Below, piece by piece: positions 11,608-23,600 of a stretch of 64,000 bases of DNA. The stretch is from positions 4,329,227-4,393,226 of the forward strand of contig CM082579.2 of the NCBI GenBank assembly GCA_040954595.2, written 5' to 3'. The position numbers were made by a program, and so were the translations under genes. This DNA is from Balanoglossus misakiensis (lineage: Eukaryota; Animalia; Hemichordata). Within the stretch, counting starts at the first letter, position 1. Each line of letters begins with the position of its first letter. The notes under the pieces are model-generated. The model saw only the letters and a program-made list of their open reading frames with translations. It had not been told where the DNA came from and ran no database searches.

Positions 11608-14600
11608 GTAAGGAAAACCATACAAATTGGGAAGTAATACAGTGACCAACCAGATACATCTTGCTATAAGCACCATCAGCATGATAAGCCAAGAGAAGAA
11701 GTTCAGTTGCAGTCGTTATTGATTTCTGACGTTGTCACAGTGTCAAACAGATTTTCTTGACTTTACAAATAACACTTTCAACCAATATTACATGCATAAC
11801 AACAGAAGTTGGTAGGGTACGATTCTCTTGAAATATCTACAATGACGGTTTAACGCGCACATTCAGTGCGGGCGGCGATATAGTCACTTGGGTTCTAGAG
11901 GCCGAAAGGAAATCATAACATCCTCAGTTTATACTTTTTTCATATTCTACTCTTCTTTGACGTTTGGTTTATGGGCTCTTCAGTCGCCGTCTCAAGGAGA
12001 CGAGTAATTGGTCTATAAATGAGGGCATGATCGTGACGAAGGGCACGGACGGATCTTTCGTGTTTTTGTGTGAAAACAACATTCTGATGTTTACCACTTG
12101 TACCATTCCTTTCATCATTACATCGATCGCACGTGAACTTGAAAGTTAATTAGTCTTCACACGGCCACGGACTCCCTTTCTTCGTGTGATTTGCGGGATT
12201 CGCACTGCTGTGAAAGTTTGCGTACATGAAACGAGAGTGTGTAAAATTTGTTAGTTGATTCACCAAAGCAAATTTCCATCAATGTACGCTGTTTGTTCTT
12301 CAGCGGCCATATTTGCTAGCTTATATCCCTGCCAAGACATACAGACATCGAGAATGCCGTACACGGCAGTGATTTTTCATCCGTGACAATACGTTAATCG
12401 TTCTTAACTGTGCGGTTATCGTAAAGTTCGTCCCAACGGACAGGCTTACCGTGGCAGCGAGCAAACTGAGTGTCGCGTTTGACCTTGATGACGCGTTGCT
12501 AGGTGACAAGGACAAACTGTCGACAGCGCCGGTACATAGAGGGCGTTGTATATGACTACTGCTGGACACCTGTTGGATCATAGGCCTTCCATGGTCGAAT
12601 CTAAATTGCAGATTCGCAAACTCTTTTTTTCGAGAGTGGTATTGATATGGCATCATATTGGTTTACATGGCTAGGTTGACCCACCCAAACCAATTAAAAC
12701 CACATCTCGCCAGATCTAGTTACACCACAGGCATTGTTTGTGGTTGCGCCTAAAAAATGTTTCATTTTAGCATCTTTTACAAATTGGCAGTCTGAATGCC
12801 GGTGCGTTTATTTTTATAGCCAAGGCACGTATAGGCATGAATGAAAACAAAACGGCGTAGTATAAAAGCGTGAGATGCGCCCACTACATCGAAAAGAAAT
12901 TTTGATAAATGGATTAACAGTGTTAGAGAAATCGAACAGAAAGGGATTTGAGGGGATATATGAAGGACAGACAATAGGACTCCTGGAAAAGATAACCACG
13001 TGCGTATAAAGGTGTCATTGTGGTGTTGGCATCGATCTGACAAAACCCCCCATCTTAGCTACAGCCCCCTTTGTTTGTGGCTATTCTTTTTGACTTGGGC
13101 ACGGGGAAATAGTAGTGGAGTACCCGAGGGGGTAGCTAGTTCACCGCCGACCATGGCTGCTTCGACGAGTCAAGGCTATGACACGGACACGAGCGACCAG
13201 CCGTCCGAGCGAAAGTGGGACAGGTGAGAGAGAGGTTGACCCTTGCCCTCGTGAGTTTTAATTGCCCTGACGTTCAAGTCCTGCGGGCTCGCGTCGCGTG
13301 CAAACACAGACGCGTCCAGCGTTGACGGAAGATGGAAGTACTGTCACATAGCTCGCACGGAGAGTCATTCGGGTGAGGGGGGGGGTGTCAACGAAATATG
13401 TGATTAGCCTACATTTCGGTGTATGTTATCATTCGATCGATACCAGGGGTTCAATTCGGGGCCAAACATAGAGTGTCGGAAAGCCAACACCGGTTCGAAA
13501 CATGCAACCGTCCGCGTACTGCCGACACTGTATTGTCTAGTAGTCCTGTTGGGTATGTAACGAGTTTCGGACTCTTTAACATGAAAAACATCGAGCGATT
13601 CTGACATACTGTTTGTTTTTTCCTTTTTTTCTCTGACAGGCGAAATGCCCAGACTTCACTTTTCGAAGAAAAAAGACCAGAACGACGCAAACACATGAGG
13701 AGGCTGGGCTCGACGATATCGCTGACTGGCAGCGAGTCAACCACAGATCCAAACGATCCAAAGGCCGACTGGACGGTAAGCAAATCAATACATATTCGAC
13801 CGCATCGATCGTAGCAAAAACCGGAAAGTACTCTGAAAGTACGGATTCAAATCTAGACAAACCATTTGACAAGATCTGGCAATGCCTTATTTTATCGACT
13901 GCAAACCTGCGTATTGTCACGTACCCGAAGCACTGTGGATTTCAACACCAACAAAATACGCCTGAGGTTCCCATACAATAGTTATAATTAATGTGTTTTG
14001 GGTGATATCGATTCCGATAGGCGTACAATATGTAAGAAACACAGTAAATCGTCTCGACAGAGTTCGGGGACAGGCTGAATTCACACCTAACACCCCCTGA
14101 AGCCATAGCCAAAACGCCGATAGTTGGCAAACATCTCTGACGTTTTTATTGCTGCCAAACTGAAGTGCAAACCGGTTACGTCTTAAAAAGGGTATAATCA
14201 TTGTTTAAGGAATTCGCCTTAATATCGATCGCTTGGTTGTTACCAACACGAAGCCAGTAGTCCCATACCGAAGTCTAGCGGTCATCGTTGCACTGATACT
14301 ACTCGAAAACTTAGACAAAGTCCGAAATATCATGTAGAGGACGTCATTTCATGCCGTATCTGTACTATAGTTGCCAAATTGAACGCTATTGCCAACGAAA
14401 TTTAGACTTTTTCCGTCCACAAGTTTGGTAGCCGCCGCAAGATCTGTCAGACTACACCGTTATAATTTAATAAGTAACATGCGAAACACAGGCAAGGTTC
14501 GATTTTATCGACTCGCCATGCGACCGCTCAGCGATAAGATTTTTTTTTTTGTATCAGGGACCGGGACTTGGAAACAAAACAAAACTATTCGCTCGATCGC

Positions 14601-17600
14601 CTTCGGGATCCCTGTGTGACGCTTTGTCAAGTTCACTTCTGAGTCTATTAAGTGCAATGAATATTCAGTACTTGCGACAATTACATCTCATTTCGGAAAA
14701 TGTGTTTATGGGTTGAATTATTCACGACCCTGTGTCCTTCATGTTGTCTGGATTCCGCTTAATGCAGAACTAATTGTAAAGTTTTTACGACTTCTCATAA
14801 AATCAATGCAAACGCCAAAGAGCTGAATACCGGAAATAGTCCGTACATTTTCTCGGTTATATTTTCCCTCGGACAGCCGTAAGATGTTGGAGATTTTTTT
14901 TCTCAGTGCGAACTGAAGGGAGGCACCTGAAACTACTTACTCGAGACCAACTTGAGGTTTACTCTTAATGGTTAGTTAGTACTGGACGAATAATGAAAGG
15001 TAAACGAGACCCAAAGCACATAAAAGACGCGAGCGGGTGTGATTTTATCGCCATTGTTTTTGAAATCGACTGAGAGTGGGAAGAATGGTTTTCACAATTG
15101 CACGAAGTGAGGACACAGTGCTTTAGAATTACATGCAAATAGTAAACATGCCATCAGGACACATAATGGCCGCCACTTCAGAGTTTTGTAACGGTTTGTT
15201 GTAAGTTCCTGTAAAACACACGAAAGCAAATTGACTCGAGGAGAACGCAATGATTTCGTGCGTCATATGCAGTCAATGAAAGTAATTGCGTGTTTCAAGA
15301 GACCGGACTACGTAATTTTATCTTCATGCGGAGAATGAGATGATTCATGATTGCCTATTTTCACAAATTTGCGCTGGTAGAGGGACTGCTGTATCATAGA
15401 GTTTACAGAATAGGCCTAACGACTGAGATAATTTAATTCATTATCTTGGTTTGTGTAATTGTCGATTTGGCGTCAGTTCTAATGTACACCACGCATGTTT
15501 TGATTTCGAAATTGTGGCAAATGACGGGATAGAGCATTGAATTGCCCCAACACCCTGTATATGTACAGCTGCAGACAATTACTAGTAAATAAAGCAGCGA
15601 GAGTCTTTGTCTCCACTTAGCAGCAAGTACGTACTTCACCTGGAAAGAAATGACCCGGTTGTAGGATACTTAAAAGTTAGTGCAAACACATTTGGAACAA
15701 CCGCGTAGTTACGGTTACAAAATATGTATACTTTTTTTTTCTCTGCAGCCCTACATGCGATTTCGAAGAAAGGCTCGGGTTTTGTACCTGTTGTGTACAG
15801 CATGTTTGGCATACATGAAGTAAGTAGAATGGTTAAATTTGTTTGGTTTTTGATTGTCTGATAGGCCTAACTGCACTCCTAGCCTAATCTAAGCACATTG
15901 ATCACGCAAACTAATTTTTGTACAATGATTGTTTCAGATCCGCCTCGGCTTCGGCCATGAAGGGAAGCTGGCTGGAGGTTGTGGAGAAGACCCTGCAGGC
16001 CGCCGAGGAGGAAGCGAGGAAATCCGGCACGGACACCAAGAACACCAAAGCTACAATCATCAGTGCGGCCCATCCAGATCTCACCTTTGACGCCTCCAAG
16101 TACCTGAGATTTTCGAAGCGTGAGGTACGTGTGTCCGAGCATGGAGGTACCACTGTGGTACGGTGGCTCCATGGTAACGCAATGAAGGGCGCCCTCGTAA
16201 CACTTCATTTTCGTCTCCAGTTATTAAGTTCAGCCTGATTCGAAGTTAACTCAAAGCCAGCAATCACTGGTAATAGTGCTTTCCCCGACTCTATCAATGT
16301 ATTTAGCATGGATTTAAAACTTCTGTTCGTATTAAAGTACTGTATATAGACCTATGTGAAGGGCGCTAACTCGTCGGACTCGGGGAAAAGGTAAATAGCG
16401 AGCACTTTGTGGTTATTGACCACAAAAACGTGTTTATGTAAGAAATCATGTAAATACATGAATTTTAATCCATGTATTCTTAGTTTGTAATCATAAAGAA
16501 AACAGGAGAGACAGGGCGGCGCGCAGAAGCCCATTATCACTTAAACAATTCGTTATGCAACCAGGTCAACTCAATAGCTCGCCGTGATCGTCTAGTGGTT
16601 AGGACATTGCGTTGTGGCCGCAATAACCCAGGTTCGAATCCTGGTCTCGGCATTACACCATAGGTGTGATATCACGACAAAGTAACCGGTTTTTTTACCG
16701 TCCCTTTTTGACTCTTCTATACCATGGACACTACATTTATCCCGTTTTTCTACAAATCTTGTTGGCTTTTACCCTTTTTTCGCCCATAATTTTTTTCAGA
16801 GTTACGACTACGTCGTGTGAGGTAGTCACATGCAAATAGGACAGATGAGCGAGATAAACACGTCACTGTGACGATTCTCGGGCATCTAATGACCGAAACT
16901 AGAATATCCAAACTCTCGTGGATTTCTTTTGCTAGTCGATCGTCTCTCATATTACCCTGACAGTAATACAAGATATACGATAGCGCGCACCTTCAGCCGC
17001 ATATTGAGTACGCACCTTTGAACTTAAACCTGTCGATGCGACATGGATACATACATAGGGGCCTACATGTACTTCAAAACGAAAATATGCACCAGACAAT
17101 TAATAATAGAACTTATAAAAAAAAGATCCTACCGGAAGTTGAGGTCCATAATACACACATGGTGACGTCACGTTTCTTCGCGAGAATCTAATCACAGCTT
17201 GAATCTTGGTGCTTCTAGCAGAATGCGCCCGGTGGTCGTGACCTTGGTTCACCGGGCTCAAAGTCAAAGAGCTCCTAACTAGACTCGCTAACTTTCCAGA
17301 CATTATGATGTCAGAACGTTATCGCCAAACGACGACGCAGAATTGGACCACGTGCTACCTCAGGCAATCACCGCCATACCATTATCGTCAAATATTCCGT
17401 TGTCAAGTTGTCACATGCCAGCCAGAACCGGGATACACCATGAATTCCCCTGAAATGTTAATTAGGCGGGTAAAAATGAATCGCGGGGAAATTTTGATTA
17501 AAAACCTACTTCACTCTAACAAATGAAGTTAGTTACAACAAACTAGAAATAAATGTGTAATTCGCAAACAGTCAAGGATCATCAAACCTGTTTCCTCTTA

Positions 17601-20584
17601 AATTCGGTTAATATCTGAAGAGCTATGAATTGTTCTGTGAGAAATATTAATTTTGCTCGATCCGTCAATGAGGAACTAATAAACGATCCCAATATACAAT
17701 GTATTATCATACAAACATTATGAAATGTTGATAAAAGCCGATGTAACTAAGTTCAAGATACAAGCAATCTCTTGCGGACAAAGGATGCCGTACAAACGTA
17801 CAGCACACCTGTGTGTCGAAATTTTTCTGAGCAAATCAATTTGACGAGAATAGATTCATGATGGGCGTGGTTGGCTAAGTGTGAGCATGGCAGTATAAAG
17901 AAAGTTCTGGATGAAAAATGGGTGTCTTCCAAGCCCTGTGCGTGTTACAATTGATGTGCGTTGTCCGCCTGCAGGCGTCACGGTTAGCTTGAGCAACAAC
18001 GGAATTGGACGGAAATGGCGTTGACTTCTCAGTAATTTTCTCAAATATGTTTGTATCTTACAGGACAGCATACCGGGAAAGATCAAGGAATATCTACGTA
18101 CACCGAGTGAAAGAAGATCTCCAGAAGTTGTGCAAAACGTGAGTCTCAAAGTTGGCAACACTGAAGCCTGACTGAAACACATCGCGACAGTTTGATTGCA
18201 TTGTGTCATGAACGTACGAGAGAGCCTTGCTGCAGCTTATCTTATACTATAGTATACAGTTATTAGGAAAGTAAATATCACAGATACGTGAAAGTATCTA
18301 AATCAAGAATATGGAATTACTTCTTCAAAGGAAAAGTAATCGTTTGCTTACCTTAGTAAAGGTTGGCGAAAAGTAGCTTCACTTGTTCCCTCACAAACGA
18401 CAGTGTGATTTTGGCCCGCTCCGTCCGCCGGAGAAAACGTAACGCTCTTTCTATTGTCCTGATTGCACTGTCCATTGTCATCGCCACGGACACGGCAAAC
18501 ACCCTTCGCTGTTCCTTGTCATTTCTGCGGCAGATTTGTGAGTTGACATTCGGCGAGAAGGCGTCTTCGTTTCCGTGCAACGTGGTGGTTTCTCCCTGCT
18601 GGGTTCTGCACGTTGTTCGGTCGTCTGAAAGGAAGGTGTCGAACGCGAACGGCTATTATCACATACTTGTAAATGTGACAATGATGTATACTGTGAACAT
18701 GGAATGATAAAAGTGATAATTTAAAATCCCATGCGGCGATAAGTGTAGAAACTTGAAGAGTTCTGGCTTGTGATATGGAAATGATGACACCGTCAGGGAC
18801 TTTTCAACGCATACTTCGAGTTGCAGGTGACTTCATATTTGCGATGCGACTGTCCATGTCCTCGCGAGAGACTTCGACGATAACCCGGTCGCGAAGACGG
18901 CGCCCCGAGTCGTTGCTAAGAGAAAGATGGCGTAAACAAGTCAAATAAAACTATCGATATTCGTCAATTGTGGACATAGGAGGTGTTTCAATGCAAACGA
19001 ATCGGGTTATTAGATTTGCACTGGCGTCACCTTAAGGCCTCAGTTCTCTAATTCCGACTGCTTTTAACAGATCCAGAAATAACGCACTAATGGTAATGCC
19101 GACCGAAATTGTCCATCAGATCGAAAACAACGACGCAGTCTCCATGGCGACCTTTATTGGCGACGATCGTTCTGTAATGGGTGGTCGATCTAGCGTGCTC
19201 ATCACTTACCCGAGTGTGCTAGTATTCGAGCCCCTTTTTCGCATCAAATTATCCGTGATGTCTGTCAAATTTAGTCACTCTCCGACGCGAGAAAATGTCG
19301 AAAATGAACCTGAAGCAAACTGCGGAACCAGAAGGTCGTGCGTTCAATGACAGCGCGAGCCTTCGTGATGGACGTTTTGGGGGCGAAAAAAATGAGATTT
19401 TCCTCATTTAAATTATCCACATTAATTTAGATTGCGTTGATCGTTTCCCACTTTTGACGAAGAAAACAACATCATTTGATTTGCACTCAAGGCGCGTTAA
19501 TTTATATAGTCAGCAAATCCCGAGCTCCCAAGCGGCCACCAAGCCCAACTCAGTTGTCTCAAAAGCCACTCTAACTGAATTAGGTCTCGAAAACATTAAC
19601 GGTTCCATTAAAAAATGACAATGCTAGAAATACCAGAGTAATTTGATTTGAGACCAAATCCAACAAAAGAAGCAGAGTTTCTTTGGCTAAATGCCATTAC
19701 TCCCAGAAATGTACGGAGTAAGGCGATCCCGCTAGGAATTTTGTTCGGAGTATTATGGCATGGTGTTTTTTTTGTGGACGGCCGATTGTCATGAAACAAT
19801 TTTCTTGCAAGGCTCTTAGTGGCCGTGCGCGTAAAATTCATTATTTTAATTTTCTGTGATAAGCTATTTATAGACAAAATTATAGAAATTTATGCTTTGT
19901 TCATTTAATTCTGAAAGTAATAGGATTTATCTCGGCGCATATACGATATCTCAGACGTCATTGCTATTCCTGTAACATGCCAATACCATTATCGCAAGGC
20001 CGTTGGGATTGCTGAAACGAATGATCTACGAAACAATTCGTTATCACAAGGCTTCTCTACCCTGGGTCCCAACGCGAGCTTCTATGAGGTCAGATGCTAG
20101 CCTACTGAAACCACAGGGCCAATCCAATAATCATCTCTTAATTTCTCTCATACAGATTGTAAGAACCATGCAACAGTTCGAAGAGTTTGCCAAATACCCG
20201 CCAGACATCCAGACACAAGTGTGCAAAGAGGCTTGGTGGGATAAGTAAGTGTCTTCTCTGCGATACGTCATACTGCTCAACATAATTTCCTGCATGTGTG
20301 GTTGGTTGGTCGGTTGGATGGATGGATGGATGGATAGATAGATGGATGAATTTGACACTTTTGTGTATAGTTGTATCTGCACCTGATTAATGAGCGTGTA
20401 AACTTGCTATAAACGTTGAATTCATCCATTTCATACAAAGGTTTGGAAGAAATCGGGTCATCTGCAGAGAAGGCCAGGATCCAGAAGGACTGTACATCGT
20501 CTTGTCTGGCAAACGTAAGTAAACCTTACGATCTGCTGTTGTTATTGTTGGTGGTGGTGGTGCCGTTGTTGTTGTTGTTGTTGT

Positions 20585-20663
<79 letters not shown>

Positions 20664-23600
20664 AAATCTATATAAATCGTGATTTAATGTTCACAGTTAC
20701 TGAAAACACTTCAAATGGACAGACCTTCGTCTTGAAGAAAGGTGACAAGTTTGGCGTAAGTATTTCACTATTTTCTACTCATTTCGAAAAAAGGTATCTT
20801 CTATTCTGCAAACAGCTTGCCCCAGGCGTGGTATCATTAATTTCTAGACATTCCATTCAGGACAAAGAACACATGTTTATATATATTTTAAAATTTATCG
20901 CAAATACTAATACATTGTATTTAATAACTGACCCCAAACTCGCACTGTGTGTATCATTTGCAGGAGGCTGACATAATTCGCGGGGGAAAGAGACGAAGTA
21001 CCGTCATGACAAAAGGCGATGTTGAACTGTTCTGCCTTCACGGACAGGTAAGTCACGTTTTCTGAGCGCCACACACAAAACTCGCCTGTCCCAGCCTGGG
21101 ACAGAAACAAGTTGATTGTAATAAAGACGCACAAAACTCAGACTACGTTGACGTTTTACGAGAGGAAATAAGGAAGACGATCGATGACGAGTTTCGCGTT
21201 TGCAGAGATAATAAATGTATTGGGACGCATTGACGGCTTGGAAACAACGATACAATTAAAACTGGAGTTACATGATGAATCATACGCCTGATTTCTCCTG
21301 GTAGCATGGGCCAAAAACGACGAAAGACGCAGCCAACCAAAGACATATTTTATATGACAGTGCGGATGATACTGTCAACGTTTTAACATACACGGCGGTA
21401 AAATATATTCAGTAGGCCTACATGTAGGCGACACGTAAAGTAAGCGTTCCGCTCTTAGATATTTTTGTTTCCGTTTTTCCCCAAGGATTACGACGAAATT
21501 TTCAACACCAAGCTAGATTTAACACCGGAAGCGTGCATAGAATACCTAAGGTAAGAGGAAAAATATCGTGTACTTTGAAATTCTGCGTCAATGCAACCAG
21601 TGACGATTGCCTGGCAGTTTCACATGGTACTCATATCATATATTTTCTCTTGTGGTAGGGAGTTCCCAGTTTTCAAAGCCTGGCCAGGGTTGGATCTACT
21701 TCTGGAGGCACCGAGCACGGTTTGGGGATTTCAGAACTACAGGTAAGAGAGAAAAATGCGGCGACGTCGACGTTCGTACGGTGTGTCGCGACAGGCGAGC
21801 GTATACCAGATGGTCAGTTATATAATTCATCGCATACGCACGTTCCACAGGCCGTGGTGTCAATAATAAAATGAAATCGTGAAGACTGTTAATGCGACTT
21901 TGAAAATAATTATCGTTGCACATTTTCACACCAACAGACCTGGTCAAGTTATTGTTCCAGACAGCAGAGAGAATGAATACATTTTCATCGTCAAATGCGT
22001 GAGTATAATTGATCAATTCTCTGGGTGAGAAAACAAACGATAGACGCTAACAACTTTCCCACCTTTGAGGGCGTCGTGCATTTGCTGACAACCCCGTTGA
22101 TATTTCTCCTTGTAGGGTAAATGCGACGTCCTGAAGAAACTTATACCGAAAGTCTGCTGCATCGATCGCAGTAAAACCTTATACAGAGAGTACAAGAAAG
22201 CAGAGGGCGCAGTTGAAATTGCAAATAAACACAAAGACACCGAAATCAAAATGACTGAGAGGGAAAATTGTGAGTATTCCGGAGACCTTTGTCAACCATC
22301 TTCATAAGGCACCAGATTTACTTTTTTATTCTCCTCTAGAGCGTGTAATTTTGTCCATACTAACTAGAAGATAACATTTTGTGATTTATCGACGGCATAT
22401 CATTCTCTCTGTTGCATAGCCGTTTTTGTGACCTCCATCAAATCCAAGAAGAAGATCGAGAACCCTCGCCAAGCTCCCGTGCCGAGAGAATCCATCTCAG
22501 CGATGCCGGAGCAGATTTTGGAAAGAAGGAAGAAACTCAAGCCAGGAATGTTTGTCAAGGTAAACAAGAAAAAACATGCAACTATAAAGGAAACCTTTAT
22601 TTTGCAAGACATTTTTTCATGATGGTCGGCGTTCATTACCTCACTTGACATTTGAATCCCTTTTGAATGATTCAAGTTCCCTAAAAAAATCTTTTTGTAC
22701 TGGAAAAATCTTTCAAGCTTATTATCTCCATTCAACGACACGAACTTCGCACACTAAGCTCATGAACTGACTTATAAGTTTCTTTTTATTTATATTAAGT
22801 ATTTTGTGATTTACTTTTTTCCTCACTGCATGACAGACGCTGGATGAGGTAGCTTTTTAATTTGAACACATTTTTCGTTCATTTCTCTTTTGTGTGATTT
22901 TACTTTTTTGACCGTTCTGAGTGATGTGTTTGCTGCAGTTTTCTCATTTCCCCCTCTAGAGCTTAACTTTAGTCTCTGCAGTGATTATCTTGATAACCTG
23001 GCCAGCCTTTCTGTAGAATCCCCACGGAGTTTTCCAAATTTTTGCTGCGCAGTTGCAAACAAATAATACACGGTCAGAGCTTATTTTTGAAACGCGCAGA
23101 CCTTTGTCAAATCTCCAGGTTAATGCCGCCTAAATTACACAACAATAACAAGACTCAATCCCGATATGATCAGGTCAAGAGATCACCATGACAGAGACTA
23201 ATGTTCTGCACCGTGATATCGATCGCTGATAAAACATATATCAAGAAATATTTACGTGATTACACTGTAATCTTATAGACGCCAACGATATTGACGGAAT
23301 GACTTTCATCATGGTGTATGTGTTCTATTCTGGTCAATTTGTCGAATATTCAACCACTCTCGAGATGATGTCACCGTTTTTTTTATATCATCCACAGATT
23401 CCACGTAAAATGCTGCAAACGTACGGCGTCAATGGAAGTTTGCGCAAGGGAAGCGAACCAAACATTCCTCGCTGTGTCAAACTCTCTGAATTACAGGCTG
23501 GCGATTGCTTTGTAAGTAGCGCCAGCTACGGCTAATTGTACAGTTCAAGCTTGCTACTTGACACTTTTTCTACTGTTAAAAAATGCTCCCCCCTAAAGTA

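Noticed and set aside
11230-11682. 150-aa - strand ORF
   Set aside because: Most likely the antisense shadow of the GC-rich + strand exon 11282-11607, which has the start context and an in-phase donor
20416-20682. ORF with poly-Leu/poly-Met
   Set aside because: Translation of an intronic microsatellite; the real exon 20441-20514 uses another frame
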